From: Blepharisma stoltei ATCC 30299
Taxonomy: Eukaryota; Protista; Ciliophora
Reading direction: 5' to 3'
Assembly: GCA_965603825.1 (NCBI GenBank)
Contig: CBFDEM010000017.1
Span: forward strand, 124,001 to 188,000
Length of the DNA stretch: 64,000 bases
The stretch's first letter is position 1, and every line of letters begins with the position of its first letter. A model generated the notes under the pieces. The model saw only the letters and a list, made by a program, of their open reading frames with translations, made no database searches and had not been told where the DNA came from. Positions 37,564-51,690 of this stretch are shown here, piece by piece. A program made the translations under genes and the position numbers.

Positions 37564-40500
37564 ATGGTGGAGCCAAACTCAGATATCATAGAAGATGAAT
37601 ACCAAGAAGAGCCTGAATTCTTAGAACAAAATATTGAAGAAATAGAAGAAGAAGTCAAACAAATGATAGAAGGCCAAATTTCTGAAGAAGAAGCCAGAGA
37701 AGAAGTAATTGCTGTGCTACGTACAGAAAAAAATTTTGACTGAAATCTCGATAGAAATGAAGCTGGACCTAGGGTTTCTGAGGAGGGAGAAAATGAATTA
37801 GTTAACCCAATTGAAGAAACCAAGACTCCTATAAATTTATCAAATGCTCCTGTAGCCAAAAAAGGCACAAAATATGCAATTGAAGATATCAGAGACATTT
37901 CATTGTTTCCGACACTAGTCCCAATTCCAATTATTACCTATCCATTTGAGCTAGATGTTTTCCAAAAGAGAGCGATTATGAGATTAGAAGAGCGCTCAAA
38001 CGTATTTGTCGCTGCCCACACATCAGCAGGAAAAACAGTCGTCGCTGAGTACGCAATAGCCCTAGCCAAAATGAGAAAAGGCCGAGTCATTTATACAAGC
38101 CCAATTAAGGCTTTATCAAACCAAAAATACCGAGAGTTTAAAAATACTTTTGAAGATGTAGGAATCCTAACAGGAGATGTCAGCGTAGATCCTGACGCGT
38201 CTTGTGTCATTATGACTACAGAAGTACTAAGAAGTATGCTTTATAATGGCTCAAGTCGGCTTCGTGACTTAGAATGGGTGATCCTTGATGAAGTCCACTA
38301 TATAAATGACGTAGAAAGAGGAGTTGTATGGGAAGAAGTCTTAATTATGCTGCCTCCCTATGTCAGAATTGTTATGCTGTCAGCTACAGTGCCAAACTAT
38401 ATGGAATTTTCTGATTGGGTTGGCAGAGTAAGGCAACAGGCTGTATATGTTCAAATTACCTATCAAAGACCGACTCCGTTAGAACATATTATATATGCCC
38501 AAGGCGAGTTTTTTAGGCTAATGGACGACAAAGGAAATTATCATGAAGAAAACTATGAAAAAGCGATAAAAAAATTAAGCTCATATGAAAACAGAGGCAA
38601 AAACGCAGTAAAAAGAAAAGATAAAGACAGAAGAAGCAAAAGCAGATATAGGGTTAGAGGGAAAACTGAGGATCAGCAGTATAAAGACCTTATTTTGTCC
38701 TTACAAAAACTCAAGCTTTTGCCTTGTGTCGTTTTTGCGTTTTCCAGAGACAAGGTAGACCATAGAGGCGAAAAACTGTCTCAGGTATGCTTGCTTAATA
38801 AAGCAGAAAAACACATTGTAATGCAGTTCACAAAACGAGCTATAAGCAGACTTAACCCAATAGACAGAGAGCTCCCTCAAATAAAATTTGTTTTAAGCTT
38901 ATTAAGCAACGGAATAGGTGTCCATCATAGTGGAATCCTCCCTATCCTCAAAGAAATTGTAGAAATCCTCTTCAGTAAAGGCTTGATAAAAGTATTGGTG
39001 GCTACCGAAACTTTTGCGATGGGCCTTAATATGCCTACACGTACCGTCGTTTTTTGTGAATTAAAGAAATTTGATGGGCATGACCATAGATATTTGAACC
39101 CTGGGGAGTATACACAAATGGCTGGCAGAGCAGGCAGAAGAGGGAAAGATACTAAAGGAAGCGTTATCATGTTTTTTAAGGACTCGTCAAAAATTCCAAG
39201 CAGCAGAGATTTGAACCAAATAATGCATTCAGAGCCGAGGAAGCTAGAAAGTAAATTTAGGATTAGATATAACCAGATTTGTAATGTGCTAAATACAGAA
39301 GGAATGTCAATGGAAGACTTGGTGTCTAAAAGTTTTCTGTCAAATTCTACATTTATGAACTTGAATGAACAGACACAGAGCTTGATGCTTGATAAAAGTC
39401 TTGAAGATATGGAAAGAAGATACGAAGCAGGAGAACTAGGAGCTATGATGGAATTTTTGGGGATTTTAAGAGAAATTATTGACATTTCTGCAGGGTTTAA
39501 CCAATTAGGCAAAAAGCCAGGTGAAGGATATTTTGTAGAAGTTCTTATCAATGGCTCTGCAAATTTGCCTGGAGTCATGCTGAACAAAGGTAGCAAAATC
39601 AGCTGCCTCGTCTTTGACTGTAATGGAATAGTCCCTACTCTCCCCAATCAATTCCCAGGTGGAAAATGGGGAATTGAAGAAATCAGCTTAACAGACCTAA
39701 TAACCATTTACAAAGGCTCCCTCACAAAGAAGCACACCTCCAGCCTCAGAATCAAGCAATTCAGCCCCGAATGGCTTCAAGAAGTTCTAGCTTTACTCTA
39801 CAAATCCCGGTCCGATTCCCTCTCCAGCTCTCAAATCTACAAAGAAAAATCTCCATTGCACGCCAAAAAAGACGAGCTTGTCCTCCGTCTCCTTACCCAC
39901 CCTTGTTTCAACGACCCTTCCCGACACGAAATTTTCATAAAATCTACTCTTCTTTTCAAATATCGTGAAGAGTTAGAAAAAATAGAACGGGCCAAAGAAG
40001 AAGAAAGGAAAAGCTCAAGTCTGGAGTCTGACTGCAGAATAAACCTTCTCAAACAGTTTAATTACGTTGACGCCAATTTAATAGTAGAGCTAAAAGGCAG
40101 AGTTTTAGGGATTTTCAATAACCCTTATAATTTTGTGATAGTGGAATTGCTATTTAATGGAATCCATATGAATTTGACTGAAGAAGAACTAGCAGCTGTG
40201 ACCATTATTTTTGTGACTGAAGAAAAAAATAAAACTGAGGACAAAAACTGGGAGGAAGTCTCTCCAGGGCTAAAAAACGCGATTTCTATGATAGAAAACC
40301 TAGTAGAAACTTTAAGACAGAAAGAAAAAGACTTAGAAATCAAGTCAGAAATGGACGAAAAAATCAAGCTGGGGCTGGTAGAAGTCGCCTATCTCTGGGC
40401 TAAAGGAAAACCGTTTATTGATATATGCGGAATTACTGATATAAAAGAAGGAAATATCGTCAGAGGAATTTTAAGACTGCATGACCTTCTAGGGAAGTTT

Positions 40501-40614
40501 GTAGAAGCAGCAGAAATTATGGGAGATGGCGAGCTTGACAGAAAAGCAAAAGCTGCCTGTGAGTTGATTAAAAGAGATATTGCGTTCGCGACAAGTCTTT
40601 ATATTTCTATTTAA
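37564..40614 (+). CDS. SKI2: Ski2-like DExH RNA helicase, ~1016 aa
   Basis: AHTSAGKTVVAEYAI, TSPIKALSNQK, DEVHY, QMAGRAGRRG, C-terminal IKRDIAFATSLY; N-terminus extended through TGA at 37741. Confidence 0.93.
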
Positions 40615-40632
40615 TTTACTTAAATTTAAGCT

Positions 40633-42162
40633 ATGGAGCATAGGAAAATTGAAAGTGATATTGAAGGGCTCGTCAAAAAATACAACTTGGATTCTGACCC
40701 ATTTGCTGGGTATAGCTTTAAAGCGAGTCCGAATAGAGAATATGAGCTGCAGAAGCAGGAAGAAAGCTTTAAGCTGTCGAGGAGCAGCCCACTTATGCCG
40801 TCACATTTGATATATGAGTCTCCACAGTATAGTAAAACTCCTGAATTGTATGAGCAACAAAAAGAATCAATGAATTCTAAGGCAATTGCCTCTGCTATGA
40901 AGGCACTCCAAGACAGGCTAAAATCAGTCGAAAACGCAAAAAATCAACTTCAAGCTGATATGGATACATTAGAAAAGAAAAACTATGAAGACAAACAAAA
41001 GCTAAGCAGTGAGCTTAAAAGGGCTGTATACAATGAAAAAGATCTTGAAAAGAAATGCTACGAATGTGACCAAGTTTTAAAAGCGAAAAATGCATTAATA
41101 ATTAAATTAGAAGACCAAGTAGGATTTTTAAACACTCAATGTGAGTTTATAGAAAAAGAAAATAAAAGAGTTCAGGCCCAATATAAAATTGATAAAGAAA
41201 ACTGGGCATTACAAGCCGAACACTTTAAAAAACTGCTAAATTCCAAAAATAATTCTGAAGAGTCATCACTAGAAGCATTATCAGCTGAAAAAGCAAAAAA
41301 TCGAAATTTAGAAGGAAAAATCCTAGAAAAAGACATAATGATTGACTCTTTAAATGAAGAAATTTATGAGCTTCAGCAGAATTTAGATAGCCAAAAAGAA
41401 ATAAATAAGAAAAACACTGACCGCTTAGAAGAAGAATTAAGAAAAACTAAGCTTGAATTAAATGACAAAGAAAGAAGACTAGAAGAGGCAAATAGAAATT
41501 ATCAAGAAATGATAACAAAAAAGGAAACTGAAATAAGAGAGTTGAGGCTGCATATCTCTGAGCTTAATAAGATGAACAATTTAAATGAAGAAGCCAGAAA
41601 CGCACTTAAAAGAGAACATATAGAAACTAGACATTATGTAAAAGATATCACTGAAATTAATGAGCAGCTTGTTGACTCTTTAAAGCGTGAAAATCAGGTT
41701 AAATTTTTATTGAATAATTCTATGAGAGAAAGATCATTGTCGTCTAAAAGCTCAAAAAAACGTAAAAAATTCGCTATGAGCTTAAAAAAGCCATCTTTTA
41801 AAAAAATCCCTAAAACAAGCAAACATAAGCGAGAAGTTTCAGAAGGATCAAGCTCAGAAAGAAGCTCAAAAGGATTTACGCCAAGGAGGCATGTAAAGTC
41901 TCCATCGTATTTAGATAGTAATAAAAATAAAGAAAGAGAACTAGAGTTCCGAATACAAGAACTGGATAGAGAAATCTCACAATTAAATGGTATGTATAAG
42001 CAGTTACTGCTGATGTCAGACGATGAAAATAGAGATCTAGGCTCATTAAAAGCCCAGCTGGACGATATTTCAGGCAAAATGGAAGAAAAAAGCAAAATTT
42101 TGTATTCCTTAAAAAGAAAGCACCAAGGAATGCTGAGAGAAAAAATGCTTACGTTTAACTAA
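40633..42162 (+). CDS. CEP57-like centrosomal coiled-coil protein, 509 aa
   Basis: SKAIASAMKALQDRL resembles the start of the Cep57 centrosome-localisation domain; C-terminal LDDISGKMEEKSKILYSLKR resembles the Cep57 microtubule-binding domain. Confidence 0.65.
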   Translation: MEHRKIESDIEGLVKKYNLDSDPFAGYSFKASPNREYELQKQEESFKLSRSSPLMPSHLIYESPQYSKTPELYEQQKESMNSKAIASAMKALQDRLKSVENAKNQLQADMDTLEKKNYEDKQKLSSELKRAVYNEKDLEKKCYECDQVLKAKNALIIKLEDQVGFLNTQCEFIEKENKRVQAQYKIDKENWALQAEHFKKLLNSKNNSEESSLEALSAEKAKNRNLEGKILEKDIMIDSLNEEIYELQQNLDSQKEINKKNTDRLEEELRKTKLELNDKERRLEEANRNYQEMITKKETEIRELRLHISELNKMNNLNEEARNALKREHIETRHYVKDITEINEQLVDSLKRENQVKFLLNNSMRERSLSSKSSKKRKKFAMSLKKPSFKKIPKTSKHKREVSEGSSSERSSKGFTPRRHVKSPSYLDSNKNKERELEFRIQELDREISQLNGMYKQLLLMSDDENRDLGSLKAQLDDISGKMEEKSKILYSLKRKHQGMLREKMLTFN

Positions 42163-42191
42163 ATCCTATTTAATCATATATTTCTGACTTA

Positions 42192-45100
42192 TTACCTTAT
42201 TAATGAAGTTAATATCTTGTGAAGATTTTCCAGCTGTGCAGCTTGCCCTTTGATTTCCACTTTTTCTTGTTGGAATCCAGGACTTGTATTCCCAAAATAA
42301 TAAATTGTCAATCCTTTTTCCGTCTGTTTTATCATCGTGATTGACAGCAGCAAAACTTTCCACTGCGCGTTCGACTTTTCCACAATGGCACTTAAAACCC
42401 TTCTAGAAGTGACCACAATGACAGAGGAATCTAGCGTTAAATGGAACTTAATCCCTTCGCTTAAATATTTGCCTTGTTCTACCATAGAAAGCACGTATTG
42501 TCCTACTGAGTCACTATATGAGTAAGGTGTAAGCAGCCTAGAAGTTAAAAATGATCGTGGTGGCCTTTGTCGTAAAATAGGGTGCTGCTGCTGAATGGCG
42601 TCTCTTATATGGTTTGCGGTGCTTGATGCAAGACTTATAGTAATATTGGGGACTAATAAAGCGGTTCTTGCTATAGCCATAGCGACTTTCCAGCCTTTGC
42701 CGATATTGTTTTTGTCGTCATCATAAACAGCGTAGATTCCTTTTTTGATAGAATCGAAACATTTTGAAGCAGAATTTGAAGCCCCGAATAAGGTATGCTT
42801 AAAGAAAGAAGAAATGCCTTTCATTGCGCCTGAAAAGGTAGGCTGGCCAGAAAGCGTTATGAGGTCAATAAGCCCTATGCGGATATTCCTGACAAACTCA
42901 CTTGGGTTTCCAAGCACGTCAGCTGAGCTGAGAATCCTTAAAGTTTTGCTTTTGACTTCTGAGTAGTAAAATGTAGAAATGTGTCTGGTTAAAAGGTCTA
43001 AAGTTAAATGTCTATGAGTAATTTTCAGTGAATTAAAATTCAAATGGACATTCCCAATATTTGCGAAAATAATAAAAGCCATCCTTATAGGGTTAATCAT
43101 ATTCAAATTCTTAAACATTGAAGGGATCGACGAAAACGTCAAATTCAGCGTCAAGCTGCTTATGAGGACTTTATCAAAATAATAGTAATGGAACACTTTT
43201 TTCTCCACCTCGTTTTCTTTCTTGTATAAAGGTCCAATTACTTCAGAAATCTCGCTGGCATAGTTAAGTAAATATTCAATAATAAACCCGTCAATTCTGA
43301 TATCTACAGGCTGCAATGAAAATTTTATATATTTAAAATAGTCAACTTCTTGGTTCGAAATGGTCGATTGCCTTTTCCTTACTTTTATTTTTAACAGCTG
43401 CTGCTCATGATTTTCCATTGGGCTCAGCATAACTGGATTTGATACCCTATACAGCTGATTATCAATCTGTGCCGAATCCAAGGAAAGCTCATAAATATTA
43501 TCGTAATTATTTTGGTCAAGCTTAAACTGCAGTCCTTTAAAAGTCGCATAAATAAGCTCCTGGGGTGTCGAATTTATCAAAGAAATCCCGAAATGTGAAA
43601 AATTAATTTCTAATATAAAATCATTTTTTTCATAATTTAGGTGGGATTGGCTGAAATAGTCCTCTTCACTTTTGTTGTGACGGATTGTGAGGACTTTGGT
43701 GGAGCCTTCTGTTGTTATGTCTACAAATAAAGGATGGGAGGGGTGGGAGCCATGGGATTTTAGGTGGATTTGTTCACAGTCTTTTGGAGAGTCAAGCTTG
43801 AATTTTCCTATGATGACGGAGGATTTTTGGCTTTGGTTGTGGAGAGCGACGGTAAGGACTTTTTTGAGGAGTCTTTCGTCCCATGCGTAGCTGGTTACTT
43901 CGAAAGGTTTGAGGACTTTGATAAAGTCGGTCTTAGACTGGTTGACTTCAATAGTTTCCATTGAGAGATTTTCAATTCTGTAAGGAGGGGAATGAGAGGT
44001 ATCTTGGAAAATTACATGCAAAGTGGATTCCTCTAGGGTAATTGTAATGTGCATAAGAATCTCTTCATGGGTATGCAGATTTCTGACTCTGACGACAAAA
44101 TCATCAGGCTCTTCAATTAAAAATTTCCCTGACCATGCCCAGCCATAATCTTCAAGTTTTACACAAATAGCTCGGCCTCTTCTGCAGTCTGGCCAATGGA
44201 AGCTTGATCTTTCATTTGGAAGCAGCCGACATACACCGTTAAAATCTATATTAGGCTCAAATTGAGTCAGCAATAAAACTTGTGGCATTTTATTAATCAG
44301 AACAAATCTTGGGGTAAATCTTATAATTTTTGTTTTCACAAAAGGCTCTTCTGCTATTTGTAAGCTCATCGCTACCTCATACATACAATTCATATGATAT
44401 TTTGACTTTTCCACTGCCAAAATACTATGCCCTCCTGCAGTGAGCAAGCTTTTATTAGGCTCATTTCCTACAATTCTAAACAAATCTGACCATTCTGAAT
44501 TCGCAATTCTTATAGCAGCAGTCCCACTTCCAGGCTGATCCAAATCTGCCGAAAACATCCTAATGTTGACCATATTTTTTTGTTCTTCGTCTTCTTCCTC
44601 TTCTATAAGCGATCCTAAGCCAACTTTATCAGCTTCTTTATAATGCAGCCAAGGCTTGACTCCTTCATATTCAAAATCCAGTTTTTCGCCAAAAGCATTG
44701 AGGACTGTTTCGTAGCTGCCTATTTTTTTCTTTTCTTGGTATTCTTCAAAATGAAGGCCTTCTACTGTATAAGGCAATGACATGATGTCAAAGCTGAAGT
44801 CTTTTTCTATATATTGGAAAAGCAGAGGAAGCCCTGTGTGGTTTTCAAGCCAGTACTGGGCATAGGCGAGGAGTCTGAAGGTGCCGTCACTTTTGTTGCT
44901 TTCTAAGAAAATGTTGACTTGCTCCATGTTTCGGCGACTGAATTGGTAGATGTGCTTGTCTTCTTCAAAAATATTTAGCATAGGACTCCAATCATACCCT
45001 GGTATCCTCAAAGCTACTCCAACAGACCCATAGGGTGGTGCTTCCAGCCAATGGAAATTTTCTCCTCTTTCCAAAGAGCCACTAGTCTTTATATCAGTCT

Positions 45101-48100
45101 CCAAAAACTCCATCCCTTCTCTCCTATTCAAAATAATACACTGGTACTCTAGCGGGCAGCACAAATAATTTTCAACCGTCAATCCTGGCTCAAACGTATA
45201 CAGTTTTACAAAGAATTTTTCAGTATCATCTTTAAACTCCAGCAGTGAATATTTAAAGCTTGCAAAGGCACTTCTATGGACCACAGATTCAGTAGCTTTT
45301 GCCTTTTTTGCAGGCTGGATATCAGGAACTGAAGAGCCTCTATATGCTTTATTGGGGCATTCTATTAGTTTTGGTTCGTCTGCATGGGAAATTTCGTTTC
45401 TTTCTGACCATGAAAAACCTGAAATTCTGAGCTGAAGGGAGGTGAAATAGGAATTTGTGATAGGTAAAGGGACGGTGGCTAAGGGTGGGATACTTATGAT
45501 ATTGAAATAGTCTTCTTCATTAAGCTTGTTTAAGGCTAGTGGCATTATAAGTCTCACGTCAATAGGGACTCTGAGGTTGTTTTTCAGCTGGATTGGAGAC
45601 CGAATTACAAGAAGCTTGTCGCCATGCCTTGATAAGACGTCACAGAGGACGTGAAAATGTGCGCCAAGCTGAGCTATATTGTAGATTTTGCAGCCAATTC
45701 TGTCAATACATATATCATTTAGTCTCGGAAGCTCACCTATCTGTATAGAAACTGATTTTATCCTGTAGCCTCTCTGTTTTTTGAGCTTATGTTTAAACAT
45801 GGTGACTGCAGATCCTTCTACCTCGTCTCTTTCTTCAAAATGTAAAGCGTGCTCTTCATTGTGCTGAATTATAATTAGCCTATTATCAATCCAACATTTA
45901 ATCTGCTGTCCTGTCTCATTTTTTATAGAGTACCCTGATCCCCATTTAATCTGCATTTTTGACTTGGCTAATAAGCCTAAATGAGTAAAATAGTCTTTCT
46001 GCTCAAATCCTTTCAAAAAGTTACTGAATGTAGTAATAAACGAATAGCTGACATTTACATTAAAATCGCCTTGAGAAGTAACTTGGATCTTTTTCTGGCC
46101 ACCTTGGGTGTTGTATTCTATCCCAAAACGGAAGTTTTCTATAAAAGGCTCCCAGTCGAAAAGCTGCTGGTTGTAATAGTAAAATGCAAAACCTGTAGAA
46201 AATGCTAGAGGAGTGTCAGTGCTTGAGAGCAAAATGTAAGGAGAATCAAGGCGAAGCATGAAATAGGTGTTTGCAGAGTGTTTTGAGATGGTGAAATCGT
46301 GAGAAATGCTTAACAAAATCTGCTGGATTTCAATTTTCAAGTCAATTTTGGTAGGTTTTACCTGTTTTTCTCTTTTTGGAATAATGCTGCTGAACTGTTT
46401 CATCATTTCTTGGAAGTAAACTGACTGGCTTAACGATAAATCAATGCCTATATCTGAAATCAGCAAAGCTTTACTATCTTTCCCTCTATACCTAATCTGC
46501 AAAGGATGTAATAACGGCTTTCCTGATATTTCTGCCCCATATACAGCTACAGCGCTACTTCCAATTAGCACACAGCAGTCATTGACATTTATATTATTAT
46601 CTTGAAATTCTACTGACATCTGCAAAATCGTATATCTTTTTTCTTCATATTCCTGGTCCTTCATAGGATCCAACTTATCTTCCTCGTCTTGTGGCCCATT
46701 TATGCTATCTGTTGTAACTAATAATTGGAAATTTTGCATTTGGCCTGACAAAATTATAGGTGTTTTTTTTTTGGATTTGGGGAGTAATAAAGAAAGCTCT
46801 GAAGAAATTAATAATAAGCCTTTAAGAATGCATGGGGATAGGATAATGCGGGGAGATAAGATGTCTAGGTCTATTATATAGGAGTCTGGGAGGATTTGGA
46901 AACCGAGGGTTAAAGCGTTTTCTTGGGTAAGACTTTCTTGTTGTAAAAGGATAAGCTGGTTAAGCCCAAATGCGTCAATTTTGAAAGCGGTTTTTAAGGA
47001 TTTTGTTGCAAATTTAAGCCAGTTTGAGCCAATTTTTTTGTTATAGTCTAATAGCACCTGAGAAAGGCTTAAGGACAAGCAAGCTGATTCTACGTTATCT
47101 TCTTTATGATGAAACAAAGTCCACCACGCCAGCTCTACAACGTCAATTTCTGCATGGACTTTTAGCCTAAATTCTTGTGGTTTCAGCTTCAGCCCATGTG
47201 CAAAAGAATACGCAACATTTTCTGCTTCTAAATTTACGTCAGACTTTATTTCTTTTTTTTCTTCTTTTTTCTTTGGGATTGACAAATGAAGCATTTGGCC
47301 TATATCTTTTAAGTGGGATTTATAGTTAGAATAAAGCTGAAGCAAAAAAGAAATTTGGGAAGCTGAGGAAGAGCCAATTATTTTTCTGATTTTTAGGTTG
47401 ACTTCAGGTAAAAATGACTCTAAGCTCATTTCGAAATCTTTTATTAAGAAATTTTGGTAGACTTCGCCTTCTTCGTCTTCTCTTATAGTGAAAATTTGGC
47501 TGCCTTGGATATTGAAGGTGAGCTCGTCGCCAGCGTTTTTGTTTGTATTGATTTCTCCAAAGTCAATTACACATGATCCTTGGCTGGATTGAGGGTCTAA
47601 AAATTCAAGCTGGGGATGGATTACTTCAGCATTATAAGAATAAGTCCTTGGCTTTTTGATTTCTTTTGCTTTTTTAATTTTTTTCATATAAGAAAACAGC
47701 TCAGAAGACAGAACAAATGATATTAGTCCTTCAATCATGTCCATAACCATAATTAGCTTGAACGATTTCAGCTTGATTCCTAGTGTTCTTTCTTCCTCTT
47801 CTATTAAAAGTTCAAGCTCTAATAAGTCTTTATTTTTAGTTTCAAAGAAAAAGCAAGAATTTAAACAGTCTTTTATTGTAAGCCTTCCCAATTTGCAGCG
47901 GAGAACTTCAGAAGACGTGTAATGGAAATCTGCATATGATAAGTGCAATTCTGTGAGCTCTCTGGCTGTATCATTAAGTTTAAGAGACACGTTTTCTAAG
48001 GAAACTTTGGCAAGGATGTTAAGACTTGGAGAGATTTTAGGGAAAGATGGGGCAGATTTCTTTTTCAGTAAGCCTAATACAATTCTGACTGGCTCGTCAA

Positions 48101-51047
48101 AATAGTTTATATATAGATGTGAAAGATTTGCTGTGAGAAAAGTGCTTATTTTTGACAAGGCATAATCTGGATGTGTTTCTAATATTTTTGTCAGCTCTAC
48201 CACAATTAAATCTGATCTCTCTTGATTTGAGCTAACCAGAAGTCTTGACTCTATCCAGTCCTGTACAGTAATCCCTCCAAGTCTTACACAAAACCTCCTT
48301 CTTGACTCTTCTATGCTTGCTCCAGCTAGCAAATCTTTTGCTGTAAACGTTAGCAAGCTTTTTTCTTCTTCCTCTATCTCTTTATCTTCTAATAAAATAA
48401 AATTCATTCTTTTCACGCCAAATTCAACATTAAAGTGCTCTTTATTATATGGGAATTTTACATTTTCAGCCACTAAATCCTCATATGGGTCTTCTGCGTC
48501 AAAAAATTCTTCGTCGTCTTCTTCGTCATCTAAAATTGGCTCAGGAAGCTTATAATTAATATCGTCCATAAATGACCCGCTTACAGAAGAGATTGTGTCA
48601 GCATCTTTGTACTGTTGTAGCAGCATATATTGAATTCTTGATATTTTGGCTGTTAATTCAGAAATTTCGCCCTGGATTTTGATAGTGGTTAAATGAGGGT
48701 CTTTGGGGATGATTGACTTAGAAACGTGCATGATGAAATCGAATTTGTCAACTAAAGTCCAGGTACCTCGGCCTTCTGGAGGGAGAAGCATTACGCTGAT
48801 ATCAGAAACAGTCACATCAAAATGGTCATAATAAGCGTTTTCGTCAACATCTGAGTTTTTGCGGTTCATAAGTTGGTCATAAGACAGTTCACGTGGCTTT
48901 GATATTACATTAAAATTCCCCAAATTTAAAATCACTTGTGAACTTTCCTCATTCAGTGGATTTTGTGGAATAATGATAACAGGCGCAGAAACTCTTATAT
49001 CAGTCTCCAGCTTCAGATGGTTTTTTATGATATACTCAATCCTCGCTTGTGTTTTAAGCTTCCAATTAGCAAGCTGATTCATAGTCTGCATTTCTATAGC
49101 TTCAAATAATGCAAGTGCTTCAGGAATTTTTAAAAATCCATTGATCCTTTCTACACATTGTTTATTGTAAATCACTTCTAATGGCTGGATATTTACTTTC
49201 AAGCTCATAGTTTCACTTGTGTCAGCGTTTAGCATTAATTGGAAAAGAGGGACAACTTTTAGCTCATGCTTGGCGAACTGAGGGAAACCATCATTTTCTT
49301 CAGGGAAAATTTCTTCTTCAACTTCGAATCCTGGCTCATGGAAAAAAAAGGACTCGTCAACATTTTTGGGGTTGAATAATTTTCTAAATTTTCCTATAGG
49401 TGTAAATGGATCAACGATTCTTAATGAGCTTAATGCAAGAAAAGTCTCTGTCAGAGTTTTGGTTTTTTGTCTATGTATAATTCCTTCGTCCAGTGTAATT
49501 TTCAAAAATGAAGCTTGAAGTCCGTTGACTTGTCGAGCTGCTAGAGATATTGAGCATCTTCTCAACTCAAAATTCACAAAATATTTAACAAAATCTGAAG
49601 GTGCTGCAGCGTCTTGGCTCATCATTTCTGAATACTCTACCAAAGTGTTTAAAAAGGCTTCTTCATCAGCTGATGTAGAAGTAACAAACCAGCCTTTTCC
49701 CCATTCAATCCATCCTTTTTTCTTTTTAGAATCTTTAAGCGAACTTAGTTCTCTTTCAGCCATGTATCTGAAAAGCAAAATTTCTTCGACATTGTGGTGA
49801 TCTTCAATTTCCAGCATCATTATGTCTAGCTCTTTTTTGTTTTTTGAGTTCAGTTGAGGGGTTTTTGTGAAATTTGGAAACACTCTACCTGTTTCTGATT
49901 CATATTCTCTTACAAGTGTGAGTTGATATATATTGATGTATTTCTGTTTATTTTCTTTTCTGAATTTAAAATAATCCCAAGTACAGGGAACAATTTTTTT
50001 CTTAACTTTTTCCGAGACCATGTTTAAAGCATAAATCCATCAATCTCTCGGCTTTGATTTTGGTCTTACGAGTGGACGGTTTACAATGTGATGACCAAGA
50101 ACTTTATGTAGTGATATAAATGAGCCCAACATCAACAAATCTTGATATTGGTTAGCCTCTAATGCACAAGCTATTTCCTCTACTATTATAGAAACACTCA
50201 GCTTAGGGATATCTGACTCTGCAGGTGGCTTTAAACTTCTTCTGATTCTTATCTCTGCGTTTACAGGTTTTAATAAGTAATATTCCGATATCTGAGGAAC
50301 ATAATCTCTATGAGCTATAAAAGGAAACATAATCCCCGCAAACTTCTCATTGGAAAGCGTTTTTAATCAGTCAGCTTTTAAGCTAAACAACTCAGAGGAT
50401 TTCGATATATGGTAAAATGCGAACTGTCCCAGCTCTAATACCATAAAGGATTTTTGTGCTTGCTTTTTCAGCTCTAGGGTAATAAAATTTTTCACCCAAT
50501 TAGAATCACTAGGAGAATAAACTAGTTTGTCAAGTGTAAGGCCTATAACAAAAGGCCTGAATGGATTAGATATAGTATCTTCATATCTCAAATGAACATT
50601 TTTCAATGATATGCAAATGTTATCGGACACTGTTGCTTCGAGTTTTTGAAGATAGGTTTTGTTGGGGTTTTGAAATTTCTTTTTTTGGACTAAGTCTTCT
50701 AGTCTTGATCTTTTAGCTCTTCTTCGTTTATCTTGAAAGAAAGTAGGGTCTGGTGGATTTTGAGGCTTGCATACAACATATAAATCTTCAAGGGTAAGAC
50801 GAATAGGCTCACGCCATAAAGCTCGTCAATTAAAGCTTAGCTGAAGGGACCCTATCACTCCTCTGACGACAATTATATCAATGCCAATCAAACGACTTAG
50901 AAATCTTAGGCCATTTGGTTTGATATTTAGTCTAGTTTGAGTGACATGTCCACTCCAGTTATCGACTTGAAGTTCACTATCATCGAAATCTTCTACGAAT
51001 TCTCCAAGGATTTTTAGAATGATAGCTTTGAATTTACGTTCAAACAT
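42192..51047 (-). CDS. VPS13: VPS13-family lipid-transfer protein, ~2951 aa
   Basis: Chorein N-terminus (ILGEFVED; SFN[W]RAL; NVHLRYED; RD[W]WIYAL), FFAT-like EEFFDAED, VAB repeats (PYRIEN, YAWDE), QIDNQL, ADVLGNP, RQRPPR. One frame with TGA at 50826, 50367 and 50040. Confidence 0.95.
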
Positions 51048-51690
51048 TATTAGACCATATTAGATCCTAATTCGTCATTAATAGGCGAAAGGAGGGCTAT
51101 GCAACAGCAATAAGAAAATTACATGTAAAAGTCAGAAAATTAGGGTTGAGGGAGTTTCTATGGAATTATTTTTAATATTAAATTTTACGGTATTTGATAT
51201 ATATATGGATTTTGAATTTATGGGAAATTCACGAATTATGGTTCTGATGATATCTATATTTATGGAAGTTTCAGTATGCATTGAGAAAAAATTAGTTTTC
51301 AAGTTTATAAGTGTAAGACGAAGGTAAATTTGCTTATATACGCTTAATTTTACTATAAGTATAAATTTATAGTTTTTTGAGTTTGTAAAAGAAACCAAGC
51401 GGAATCTGAAGTTTTAGGCGAAATTTTGAAATATTAGACTGTTTTTGATGAGGAGAGCAGTTCTCAACAGAACAAATAACATTTATTGTTCCATATTGTT
51501 AATATAAAGGTAATGTATAAATGGATTTTTGCCTTTAGGGAAACTTAAATCTAAAGTTTAAAATTTTAATTGATCAGTTTTCCTTGTCAAATTGTTATGT
51601 ATGAATTTTTCTAGCCTTATAATAGGCCATAAATACTAATTAGTTTTTTATTTATTTTATACAAAAATTGGGCGAATAATAAATCTAATA

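Noticed and set aside
38925-39647. Long antisense ORFs (also 23308-23976, 20192-20770, 25447-25866 and others)
   Set aside because: They are shadows of well-supported genes on the opposite strand, Ser/Phe/Leu-biased and without motifs.
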